From Octopus bimaculoides (lineage: Eukaryota), in the NCBI RefSeq assembly GCF_001194135.2, contig NC_068989.1, positions 68,431,095-68,471,926 of the forward strand: a stretch of DNA of 40,832 nucleotides, in the 5' to 3' direction. Positions 23,957-36,130 of the stretch are shown here, piece after piece. The notes under the pieces are model-generated. The model ran no database searches and was not told the DNA's origin. It worked only from the letters and a program-made list of their open reading frames with translations. Every line of letters starts with the position of its first letter. Positions within the stretch are counted from its first letter, which is position 1. A program made the position numbers and the translations under genes.

Positions 23957-24692
23957 TGGTGGGGCGGTTGAAACAGAGATACAGCACCTTCCTTTTCACA
24001 TTGTCCATAATAAATTCATCTAGAAAGGAGAAACTATCTTTTGTAACATACCTTCATCACTACTCGTTTACCATGAACTGGCACAAATTGTCTCACTCAT
24101 TTTGGTTGGCTCTGTTACTCACGGACAGAAACTTTTTGTTGCTGGGAGAATACTGCTCATACTGTTTATACTGTTTATTTTTTCAATCAAATTAATGTTT
24201 CTAATTTTGTGAGTGTGGGTGCGCGCGCGCGCACGCGTGCGTGCGAGTTTGCGTGCGTGTGTGTGTGTGTGCGTGATTTTTATTGTACAAGTGAGTGTTT
24301 AATTTTGAAACCCTGCTTACATGTTTGATATTTTTATAGCTTGAATTATTTAAATTATTTTAACTGTTTGATCTTTCATTTGGCAACACCTTAAGGGCGT
24401 GTTTATCGTAGCTACTTCTACTCCCAACTTCGGCGATCACCTTTTATTCCAATTTCTAAGGCAGCCTTGTACCGCGTATAAACATTGCAGATGGTTATTT
24501 TGCATAACTGTGTAAACAGCTAACATGCCTAAAGGCAAACCTTTCTTCTACCCCAGTTAATAGAGTACATCCTGAAACGGATCAAAAGTCTTCCGTTCGT
24601 AAATTTAGAACTACGGAAGTGAAAAAGAAATATTTTTCTTCACTTAATCCAGTTAAAAACTATTTTCTCCGCGGCGCTTTCAAATTACACTA

Positions 24693-24760
<68 letters not shown>

Positions 24761-24779
24761 TAATAATAATAATAATAAA

Positions 24780-25295
24780 TGCCCTGATGCAGTACCAGAC
24801 AGTGGCCCTCAGTTTACGTAACACTTCCAATCAGTTAAGATCTGAAGCCATGTTTTGTCTTGCTATAAAAGATGGGTTACAGCAATTATTCTGCTCAATT
24901 CCACAGATTTGCTTGTCAGTTGTTTGACCATAACCATTTCAACATGTCCGTTAGTAGCTGACGATATGTGCATCGTTGATCACGAGCAGAAGTAGTGGGA
25001 GAGCATCATAGCCATGTGTTGAGAGTAATTCTTTGGGGTTTGGATAATTCACCTCTGGAAACATGGGTGTTTTGTTCAACGTCCTTAAACAACCCTTATT
25101 CAGAGACCTTTTGAGCGAGATAGACTATTCGAGCTGAAGAAAATTCTAACTGGACCCCCACTTGGAAGGTCATGCGCTGTTTATCTTGATATGAGATCAC
25201 CATGTCGTTCCTGGTGTACCCTTTTCAGACGGGTAACTGAGCTTCGTATATTTTATCCCAGTGTCACTGTGACGGCATGCGCTGCTCTTTCACTC
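24780..25295 (+). mobile_element. (TAA)n-embedded retroposon, longer copy, probably Dong/R4-clade 3' region
   Basis: Between (AAT)n 24693-24779 and 25296-25320; 3' end ..CTCTTTCACTC(AAT)n equivalent to the other copy. Confidence 0.6.
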
Positions 25296-25379
25296 AATAA
25301 TAATAATAATAATAATGATAGCAGTACGGAAAATGTGTGTGTGTGTGTGTGTGTGTGTGTCTTGCTTTTCATAACAATG

Positions 25380-25437
<58 letters not shown>

Positions 25438-25478
25438 TAAGAAAAGACGGCGGCAGTGGCAGTGGCGGCAGTGGCAGT

Positions 25479-25488
25479 NNNNNNNNNN
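25479..25488. other. Assembly gap within (GGCAGT)n/(GAT)n
   Basis: 10 N. Confidence 1.
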
Positions 25489-25926
25489 ATGATGATGAAG
25501 GAGTAGAAGACGTAGGGATGGACAAATATTGATTTTCTTTTGAATGATGAATCCCAGATTGTTTTATTTAAATTTTTTGCTTGTTTTTTTTTTTTAATTT
25601 TCTTTGCGTATGTATTCGTTTTTCATTCTTTTTAGAAAAATAGAATCAAAAACTACAAAAAGCGAATCTTTATTTCTGTGATTGTTTGCCGAAAGAATAG
25701 CTTCTGAATAAAATTTTTCAGTACAACAAAAATATAACGGTAAGAAGAAAATGAAATTAAAACAAAAATGGATGAGTGCAAATTATGTTACAGTAAAGAC
25801 ATAAAACTAAAGAAACATGAAGGCCTGCTTGTTTATGTGACTTTAATTATTTTTCTTCTTTTTGTGTTAAACTTTTCATTAAACAGTTGACAGCTTTCCA
25901 AAAGAGGTATTATATTGGCTTGCATT

Positions 25927-26770
25927 TTTGTTTGTTTGTTTGTTTACTAAATCTGAAGGAAGGGGCAGAGCTTGTGACCCTTTCAGGCCCAACGAGGTTA
26001 GTGGAATTGATGCAGTTAATGTTGCATTTAAGCTGTTCTAAGAAAAATATGAGCAAGGAGGAGATTCCAGAGCACAGTTGTTCTAGAGATGACGTATAGG
26101 GCATAGTGGTTAGTGCAAGGAATGAGGTAGGTTTGCATGCACCAAGGGTACTGAGATGTAAGGAGATGAGTGGGTTGGAGATGCCTGATTAGTGGAAGTA
26201 TGAGACCAGCCAATCCGAGGAACTGAGGTCATTATGTTGGCACTCCGTCGCTTACGACGTCGAGGGTTCCAGTTGATCCGATCAACGGAACAGCCTACTC
26301 GTGAAATTAACGTGCAAGTGGCTGAGCACTCCACAGACACGTGTACCCTTAACGTAGTTCTCGGGGATATTCAGCGTGACACAGTGTGACAAGGCTGACC
26401 CTTTGAATTACAGGCACAACAGAAACAGGAAGTAAGAGTGAGAGAAAGTTGTAGTGAAAGAGTACAGCAGGGTTCGCCACCATCCCTTGCTGGAGCCTCG
26501 TGGGGCTTTCGGTGTTTTCGCTCAATAAACACTCACAACGCCCGGTCTGGGAATCGAAACCACGATCCTATGACCGCGAGTCCGCTGCCCTAACCACTGG
26601 GCCATTGCGCCTCCTGAGGTCATTATAATAGCAAAGGAAAAAAACAGAGAAGGAAGACAGCACGCCAGAGGCCGGAGTGGGTTAATTAGCGCTCAAACGC
26701 TAGTCAACTAAGTGGGCGTTCTCTGGATGTGATCCGGGATGTATGTGTGTATAGCAGCAGTGTTATAATA
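25927..26770 (-). mobile_element. CR1/L2-group LINE 3' fragment interrupted by a SINE
   Basis: Degenerate C-terminal motifs (AAAIHTYIPDHIQR.., ISRTTVLWNLL) and (AAAC)n tail; split by the SINE at 26236-26613. Confidence 0.6.
26236..26613 (-). mobile_element. Full-length family-B SINE with 13-bp TSD
   Basis: A/B boxes as in 10652-11034; TSD CTGAGGTCATTAT at 26223-26235 and 26614-26626. Confidence 0.92.
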
Positions 26771-26879
26771 TATATGGAAGCAATACTTCATTGTAAGTAT
26801 CACTTGAGTCTTGTAGAGAATCAACAGTTGTTGAGGGTTGAGATATTTTCTGTGCGTAAACAGAAGTATTAGTCTTTTG

Positions 26880-27030
26880 GATGGGGCCTTAACTACGCTA
26901 CGGTTGAGCTTTCGCGAGAATATATCTGCGGTGATAGCGAGGCGACGCCAGCATTTGGAGCGATTGTGAGAGGTCTCAATACAATTCGTCGTTGGAGGGA
27001 ATGTGGTGCAGCAGTGCTTTCTTGATATAA
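26880..27030 (-). mobile_element. Second CR1/L2-group LINE C-terminal fragment
   Basis: LRPLTIAPNAGVASLSPQIYSRE resembles a frameshifted HRRNVASLSLFYRYY motif. Confidence 0.45.
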
Positions 27031-27229
27031 GCAGTACATAAGTATTTTTTTTTTTTTTTTACTGTTAAAAAAGAATTCACCCGCCAATGATTCATTGTTC
27101 TTTTTATCTCTTTTTTTCGACTGGACTCTGTTGTTACTCCCGAATTTACGTTAGTCCAGCGGCCATTCCGTATTCTTTATGTTGCCAAGTTCACAATATT
27201 TTCACAGCCAGTTCAAAACCGTCCACCTC

Positions 27230-27860
27230 ACAAAGACGCCACTGTTCACTTTAAATGACTCACGTTCATCATCGTATCGAATCGACTTATAACCGTTCTC
27301 CTCGCAGCAAAGATGCCATTGTTCACCTTAACCGCCGAAACCACTTTCACACTCGACACCAAATACTATGTCAATTGTTCCACGCGAATTTCCCGGCACT
27401 ATCTCACGCATCGGCTGCCTCATATTTACCTGCATTGCATCAACTATTCACACCAACCACTCACGTACGTCAACCGGCGCTTCTCGGCTTCCATTACAGA
27501 CTAACTCACTCGCCACCTGTTCACTAGTCGTATTTATAGTTCGCCCACACAGTAAAAAGCGCGCGAAATCATACCGCCTACGTCACCACAACGAATTATT
27601 TTTCATCTATACATACATCTTAGAAAGAACTTTTCCCCCACCACCTCCTCTTCCGGTCTTTTCACAATGTAACCTCGTGGGCATCGGTACCATTTTCCTC
27701 TTTCTCTGTTCTTCCATTCTCCGAACTTTCCATCTTTCCGACGAAGGGCTCCGCCCGAAACGTCAAAAATACACTCTCTCTTTCCTTTCTCGAGCGTCCA
27801 ATAACACTATCCGTATCACGTCCTCACTTTGTTGTGTTTTTGTTATTGTTTTTTTGAACT
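27230..27860 (+). mobile_element. Probable Penelope-like element terminal region
   Basis: C-rich segment ending in a hammerhead-like motif; 23-bp direct repeats at 27232 and 27309; no RT or GIY-YIG motif recognised. Confidence 0.4.
27735..27770 (+). ncRNA. Minimal hammerhead-like motif, U4C variant
   Basis: UUU-CCGACGA-A-GGGC-UCC-GCCC-GAAA-CGUC-AAA; palindromic ACGU stem III; GUC triplet. Confidence 0.5.
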
Positions 27861-29055
27861 TACATACATACATACATACATACATACATCTATGCATGAT
27901 ATCTCCTGTATTTTGCATCTAACATGCTTTTCTCGCTTAGGGAATTAGCAAAGGTTCAGATCTCTATAAATAAATTGATTCAGAATTTTGCCAGCCCTCA
28001 GAGTAACGAGACCTCCTTAATAGAACTGCAGGTGTGTTCAAGTAAATCTTTAACGCTCTTGTTAATTGCCTATAATTAATGTCTTTACATTGTATGGTGC
28101 CAGGCATTCATTTCGAGTAACTTTATACAGGATTTTTTACAATATTTTGGTTGTTTTTATTCTTTTTGTTGTGGAGCATTTATGATCATCTCATCATCAG
28201 TTATCACGATCTATAATCTAAAATTTTTCTTCTTTTAAATACAGTAAAGTGTGATTTGAAGGAGATTTGGAATCTATTCCTAACTCATTAGAATGATACC
28301 TTCGTTGTCAAAGCTATATGTTCTTGCTAGAGATATTAGCCCCAGAATTGTCTCAATGCAAATTTTGTTGCTGTGCACCGTAAAACAAATTTTGAGTTAT
28401 TGTTCTCCACCTAGAATTTACGACTCAGGTTAAAGCCTTATTTCAACCACGTTATTTCCTCCTGTAAACAATTAGAAAAGGAGTGAAAATCACAACCTTC
28501 ATTTTCTCATAAACTAAAATTAAATAGACTGTTTTTACGTGTTTGATTAATACTTCATATCACGAAGAGTTAAGAAATCGAGAGTATTTTTTGCAACATG
28601 TATGAGATTTTTGTGTCCTTTGTTATATATGTACGATCCGATGTGGCCATATGTGTGTCGGGAGTTGGGGTAGGGGGTGTATAAGTGTGTAGTCAAACGT
28701 TTAATCGATGCATTAAAGCTAAGAAAATAAATGAAATATTTCCTTGCGTTTTTTTTTTTTTAATAAGACGTGGTATTTATATAAAAGAAACAGAAATTTG
28801 AAATGTGATCTATAACATCAAAATATTGGAGTTAGATTATTGAACCGAACAGCTTGAGTTTACAGAAATACAAATACATAACGTTTTTTGAGGTTTTTTT
28901 TCAAGATATATTTTATTAAATATTTGCAGAAGCCATATAGCTCCAAAGGGCTGAATTGAATATCGTTAAGATATTCAATGACTGGAATTGAATATCGGTA
29001 AGATTCACAGGTAAATGAAATCTTAGAATGTATTATGTTATTTTTTAATTATTAT

Positions 29056-29095
<40 letters not shown>

Positions 29096-30704
29096 TCGAA
29101 CTTTTCACCTTACCTGTTATAACTAGTATATACATTTGCTCCCAAACAATATTATCTTGTAGTTACAGAGATTTTCAATTTCATTAATTTTTTTTCCAAT
29201 ATGTTTGGAGTTTTTAATTTGCGCTTTCTTGATATCACGATCCGGAAGCGTTCAAGCTATGGAGAAAAAAGGTGAATAAAACTAGTTTTATTCAATTTAT
29301 TTCTTTTGGAGAATTATATGAGTTTTGTTGAAGTACGTTGAAAACATCTTGCTTGTTAAAAACTGATCCTTCTTAGAACTGTTTTACGTAATACACAGAA
29401 GAAGAAAAAAAGAAGTATATACAGATTACTTTATATTATTATATACTCTGTTTTCTGTATATATTTGAAAATTATATTTTTCTAGCTTTATAAATTATTT
29501 TCTAACTGTTCGTGTAAACTTCATATTACAGTGAAAACTTGAATGTTTCATTACATGTTATGCCATCAAATAGTGGGATGTCAAATTTGTTTCAAAGTTT
29601 CCTCTGTAGTTATAGTTTAGAAGAAAACCAACGAAAAGATCGTTGGCTCCTCCTTGTCAAGCATTGATCATTTATCTTTGACGTCTACACTGAGCAACTA
29701 CAAACAAGCTGGAAAATTCTGTATCAGATTGTGTTTGTATTGACCGGCCAGTATCCTTACGGTGTTGTGTGGTCACTTAGTTTAAATATTTCACATTATT
29801 TGTGGGTGACTGTTGTGTAGTAACTTTTGGCGACAGTAAACCAAAGCTCGCTATTATGAAAGCTTACACAAATACAATATAGCCGTACTGATTATATTAA
29901 GTATGCAAAGTGTGTTTAAATAACTTGAGGTAAGAAACCATTATTATTATTATTTAGAAAGCCTCCATTTTTACTTTGTGATAGAAAATTTATTTTATTT
30001 ATTCATTTTTTTTGGGGGGTGGGGGTATTTTCCTGTATGTCAATACCTAAGGTTGTGACAATGGTTAAGTGAAACGAATCGGTGACGTCAATCGATAGTC
30101 GTCGTTGACAATAATATAATTGGAGACACCAAAATACAATCTAACTATTGAATCATGATTTAGTGGATAATTCGCAAGAACAACTACTGCAGTTAAAAGC
30201 ACTTCTATATTTATTGCTTTTCGAGAAGCTTTAAAAGTCATGTCAGAAGATATTTCGATTGTATATAGTCAAGAAAACATAGGCGTCTACACTGTTAAAG
30301 TAACACCAAATCTATACAAAATAATGGTTTATAGAATTCTGATTCCGACAACATTATGCTTTCATCGTCTTGATGCCTTAGATTCAATTTCTATCCTGTA
30401 GCACCTGTCTCGTACTGTATTTTATTTCTCAGACTGCACCAAACAAAGTGTCCAAGTTTTCTTTGCCCAGAATTGAATCGTTTTCAACAGTGATTTGCTA
30501 GTTAAGTCTTGTTTCCAGTTTCTAGACTAATAGTCTAAAGAAGAATTCGAATGCATTAACATCCTCTGTATATCATTATAATATAATTCGGTGGTAGAAG
30601 ATTGTTCCTATAGCGTATTGGATCTTAGAAGCAGTATTAAGCATTTCGTCTTTATCAATATATATCAAAATGGTAGATCCCACATCTTTCCTAGCTATGC
30701 TTAC

Positions 30705-31017
30705 AGGAAACCATTTTCATACCAACCTACATGAGACTGTCCTGGTTTTGTTTTATGATATAAATTTCTTGCCTTAAATTCCATGTTAATTTACGTTCTA
30801 AACACCAGCTTAATAATGACAAATTATTTTATTAAACTATTATTTCTAAAATTATTTGAAACACAGGCAGTGTATTTCAGAAAATATGCTAACAAAAGGG
30901 TTATATTCTAAACACCAGCTTAATCAATTATTAAGTTATTTTATTAAATTAATTATTTCCATAATTATTTGAAACAAAAGTAGTGTATTTCAAAGGAAAT
31001 ATATAACAAAAGAGTTT
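30705..31017. repeat. Possible piggyBac-like MITE with ~110-bp tandem duplication
   Basis: Units start TTCTAAACACCAGCTTAAT at 30796 and 30906; the first ends AAAAGGGTTA; left terminus degenerate. Confidence 0.4.
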
Positions 31018-31734
31018 AATTAGCAAGCGAAACATTTGTCGAATTCTATTTTACATACTTGCTGCACCTTACAGTGACAAGCTACTCTTTAACTGCGATA
31101 CTCGTACCTGTTGAAAAGGAAAACCAAAAGAGCTACAGGTGGTGTATAACCTTTTCACTCTAACAAATAAAAGAACTAAAAACCTGGCATTCAGTTCAAA
31201 ATTTAACAAAACAGTTACTAAAAACTACAAAAATGAAATAAATATTATTGAAATCTTATTGAGATACTAAGAAACAGAAATGATTATGCCTGAGCAATGG
31301 AATATTTTCTTCTTGATAATATCACAACGTTATGTTTCGAGGGAAACTGGAATTTTTCTTATAATTTACATATTTCATTTCTCGCAAAATAAATGTGAGA
31401 AGAAACGATATAATTTCATACGCGAATAAACAACCATGTTACAGGATTACACTCCATGTAATAGTACTTCACCTCAATAATATTTTATGTTGAAATAAAC
31501 TATATTTCAATTATTTAAGCCTCTCGTAGCGACTGCTGTAAAACAAGCACTAAACTTCCATTAAAATGAGAGTGGTACGATAGTTTGAATTACAATTCAA
31601 ATTGATTCACCTTCCCGATCGCATTTTCTTTTTGGTGGTGAGTAATTCATGAATATCACAATATATTTCTTTCTTCTGTTTCAAACACATACATAGGCGC
31701 ATGTGTGAATGTATGTATGTGTCCGTGTATGTGT

Positions 31735-31737
31735 ATG

Positions 31738-31819
<82 letters not shown>

Positions 31820-31826
31820 CATATAT
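31735..31826. repeat. (TA)n microsatellite
   Basis: Read directly. Confidence 0.97.
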
Positions 31827-31829
31827 AAC

Positions 31830-32745
31830 ACTTAATAGCACCATGGTCCATTCAAGTAGTGAGTTCTTGTTGAGTGAGATGTATCCAGGTATGGGTGGCT
31901 TATCTGGTATTCCTTGAAGAAATCTGTCCAGACTATGTTTAAAGGTGAAGGGATCCTTTTCCTCTTTAATCAGTTTTGGGACAATGTTATACAGGGCAGA
32001 GCCTGTTGTGATCATGAATTGAGCAAAGGACTATGGCCTTTGGTCCCAGTCTTGGATGAACCTTGAAACTAATGTTCAGGTCGTTTCGGCAATGCTGGCG
32101 GTATATTTTCCACATCGTACAAATAATGTACCGCTCGCGGCGGCGCTGGAGAGGGTAGAGTTTCAAGGCTTTAAGGCGGTCCCAGTAATCGAGATCAGTC
32201 ATGCCTTCAATTCAATTAGTGAGTGCCCTCTGGGGTGATTCAATCCCCGAGATGTTTTGTTTTGCATGGGGAGACCACAATGGGGCATCAGTATTCGAGG
32301 TGTGACCGGACAAAGGAGGAGAAAAGTGGAATGATGACACCTTGTTCTCTGGACAGGAAGGTTCTTAATATCCAGGAGCTCATCCTACGAGCTATATCGA
32401 CCTTATTGTTGATGTGGGCACTCCAACTGAGATTGTTATCAACAATTACACCCAGGTCTCTGATATTATTAGATGCCATGAGCGGTTCCCCTGAAGGAAG
32501 ACAGTATGGCTGTTTTAGTATAGACTTTCTTCCAAAATGCGTCAGCTCGAATTTTCCCTCGTTTAGTTGCGTTTTGTTTTTATCTGCCCATTGACTCACA
32601 ACATATAGACCAGACTGGAGTTGAGTTCGGTTTTCTTCTTCATTGATGATTTGCTGGATTTGCTGTCATCTGCAAATATTTTCACTTTGCAGTGATTTAC
32701 GACGCTGGAAAGGTCATTTATGTAAATTATAAAGAGGAGCGGGCC
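31830..32745 (-). mobile_element. 5'-truncated CR1-group LINE (RT domain and C-terminus), pseudogenised
   Basis: GPLLFIIYINDL..KIFADDSK, IRDLGVIVDNNLSWSAHI, LFSSFVRSHLEY, DYWDRLKALKLYPLQRRRERY, SLDRFLQGIPDKP; frameshifts and an internal deletion near 32010. Confidence 0.93.
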
Positions 32746-32757
32746 GTATGTATACAT

Positions 32758-33524
32758 AACGAAGCGTTTGCGCGAAGCAATTTTTAGGTATGAGCAGAAT
32801 TTAAGCTAGTTGAAATATGTTTGTGGCATATTTTAACTGTTAAAATGCAAACACACTGCAGTTACTGTGGAGAATAAATCTCACTTAAGGTAAAATGGTG
32901 TGTAAACACCGGTTCATTCAATGTCGCCCTCTATTAGGAATCTCAGACGTCGATGTTTCGAGCTATTTTGGCTCTACCTAAGAGAGGCATCGCTGAACGA
33001 ACTTAGAAAGCTATAGCTTTATGTATATTCCAGTCAATATATTGACTGATTTGCGCTACTAGATCGCCAGATCGAGGTAAACAACGAAGCGTTAACGCGA
33101 AGCGGTGTTTAGGTTTGAGCAGAATTTAGGCTAGTGTATTTGTCTTCCAGATGAAATATGTGACAAACATATTTCAGCTAGCCTAAATTCTACTCATACC
33201 TAAAAACTGCTTCGTTGTTTAATTCGATCGGGCGATCTACTAGCTCAAATCAGTCAATGTATTGACTAGATTATACATAAAGCTACAGTTTTTAAAGTTC
33301 ATTCGGAGTTGGCTTTCTTAGGTACATCTCATTGACTAGAGCCAAAATAGCTCGAAACAGTGATGTCTGCGATTCCTAATAGAGGGCGACACTGAACGAA
33401 ACGGTGTTTTCACACCTTTTTATCATAAGATAAATTTATTCTCCACGGTAACTGTAGTGTATTTGCTTTTTAGCAGTTGAAATATGTGACAAAGATATTT
33501 CAAGTAGCCTAAATTCTGCTCATA
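32758..33524. mobile_element. Large palindrome built from a ~325-bp tandem unit carrying a hammerhead-like motif
   Basis: 32789 pairs with 33524 inward across both arms; unit period 325 bp (32758/33083) and 326 bp (33182/33508); hairpin TGAAATATGT-N5-ACATATTTCA occurs three times. Confidence 0.8.
33326..33373 (+). ncRNA. Degenerate type I hammerhead-like motif
   Basis: AUCUCA-UUGACUA-GAGC-caaaaua-GCUC-GAAA-CAGUGAUGUC-UGCGAU; stem II perfect, GUC triplet, core carries C3U and G8U changes. Confidence 0.5.
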
Positions 33525-33980
33525 TGTATATATGTATTTATGAAACGTTCTTAAGAATGATGAAGTTGCTGCAAAATAAAGAAAGCATTCTAGTTATTTT
33601 TGTTTTCGTATATTATCACTTAATAGGCTTTTGTTCAAGTTGTACTATCGTAACCCTTTCTTTATATCGTTCAATAAAGCAATCCTTTTCATTCGTCAAT
33701 TATAGTGAAAACATTAATAAACGGAAACTGCGTGAATACCAATTGGTGGGGCTGTTCTTTTCCTTGGGTGGTTTAATTTATTTGCTAACTGGTTTAACAT
33801 TAACAAGCAATCGTGTACTTTTAACAAATTATACATGTGTATATATTCCCATACATTGGGAATATATGTGTATGTACATGTGTGTGGTTGTATGAATGTG
33901 TGTGTGTGGATGGGTGTGTGCGTGTGTATAAATTTGTGTATCAACATTCTTTTACTTATTACAGTGGTTGGGTTCCGATC

Positions 33981-34247
<267 letters not shown>

Positions 34248-35339
34248 GTATGCATTTATGCATATATGTTATTAAGTTTTATTTCTAGATTCCTAACCAA
34301 TAGAGAAAGAGCCAGTTACTAATCTAGATCCCAAACTCCTTCGCCGGAGTTTCAACAACATTAACAGAATAATTATCATGATTGTGATTATGTGTTCAAG
34401 TATTTGGTGTCAGTGCATATGCAGATTTTTTATGTTTTGTTTTATGTATGGATGCTCATACATAGAGTTGCGCATCTAGATATCTACATACGGACTTGTA
34501 TGTCGAACTTTCGTTTTATATATTTTAACTATTCCGTTTATGACTAGTACACGTATTCTTCTAATTAGCTTTCTCCTTTCCGGTTTCGTTAACTCTAATT
34601 TCTTAGGAAGTGTGTATTTGTTTAGGTTTGCATGTATGCACATAAGTGCATATGCATGATCAATATGTGCATGAGTGTATCTTTCGTGTGTATCGAATAA
34701 CGAAATCTCAGGCGTTACAGGCGCCTTAATGTTACATTACTTGCTAACAATGCAGTGAACCAGCAACGATATCTTCACAGATTCCGATATAAAATAATTA
34801 AAATCCATAAATGGCAGTAAAATATTTTAACAACTAATGAAATTAAAGCCTAATATTTTTGCATTGTAAACTAGAAAGGAAGACTTTTAATACCGATGAT
34901 ATTATATCGATAGTTCAAACAATTTCCAAGCAATAACTTCAATGGCTAACCAATTAAAAGTTTAAATTTCTCAAACAGAAGTTTAATAATGAATGGTGAA
35001 TACACATTTGCATCGTATTGCTCGTTTACAGTTACAATCATGGGAAATTCCCGTGTTATTTCAAATGTAGAAATGTTCATGTCATTTACAATAGACGCAT
35101 CGAAAATTAGATTAAATGGTATCCATACTGGGAGCAAAATAAGACGATTAGAGTATTCCGTTGATAGACGAGAGAAAAGAAACACAGTAAACAAAATAAA
35201 TACATCTTAAGCATAACTACCACTACCTACTACCACTCACTTTCATTTTCCTTTTACTTTTCCTTCTTCATTGTAAACTCATCAAATTACGTATAATGAA
35301 ATGTAAATGTAAGCACGCAATATATCATGTGCATGCAGG

Positions 35340-35547
35340 GTGAAAGAGAAAATAAATAACTAGCATATAGGTGTATATGTTTGCATGTATGTGTGCGTAT
35401 GTGTTTGTGTGTGTATGTGTCTGTGTATAATATGTGTACGCGCATAAATTCTGAGTCCCTAATATGGCTTCCATCGTTATCTACAGCTCTCTTTCTCGCT
35501 CTCTGTACATATATACTTCATACATATATGTATATGTGTACATATCA

Positions 35548-35584
<37 letters not shown>

Positions 35585-35648
35585 TCATATGTATATATGC
35601 GTATACATCATATGTATATGTGTATATGTATATGTATATGTGTATATG

Positions 35649-35700
<52 letters not shown>

Positions 35701-35777
35701 CTTATACTTAATACAAACATAATATATACTTATATATATTTATATAAACACATACATACATATGTATATAACCCTAT

Positions 35778-35812
<35 letters not shown>

Positions 35813-35920
35813 CACATGTATGTGAGTATGTATGTATTAATTGGATGGACGTATGCGTGTAAATGTCTGTGTGTGTGTTTGTGTGTGGGTGTGGGCGTGT
35901 TTGTTGTGTATGTGTAATTC
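35340..35920. repeat. Low-complexity (TA)/(TG)/(TATG) array
   Basis: Read directly. Confidence 0.9.
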
Positions 35921-36130
35921 TTGCATATGTTTGCCTCCATGATAGTTATATGTATATTTCCGTACATTTCATTATGCAGACGACAAATTAATATAGAAAA
36001 TCGATTAGTGACCAATTAAAATGCACATCAAAGAAAATCTGCTTCCAGTTTTCGCGTATATGTGATTTTGTGGATGTGTGTGTATGTATATCTACAGATA
36101 CATACAGATATATATATATATATATATATA

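Noticed and set aside
28930-29011. Acceptor/donor-bounded segment with a 32-bp-period direct repeat
   Set aside because: All three frames are closed; only two short repeat units.
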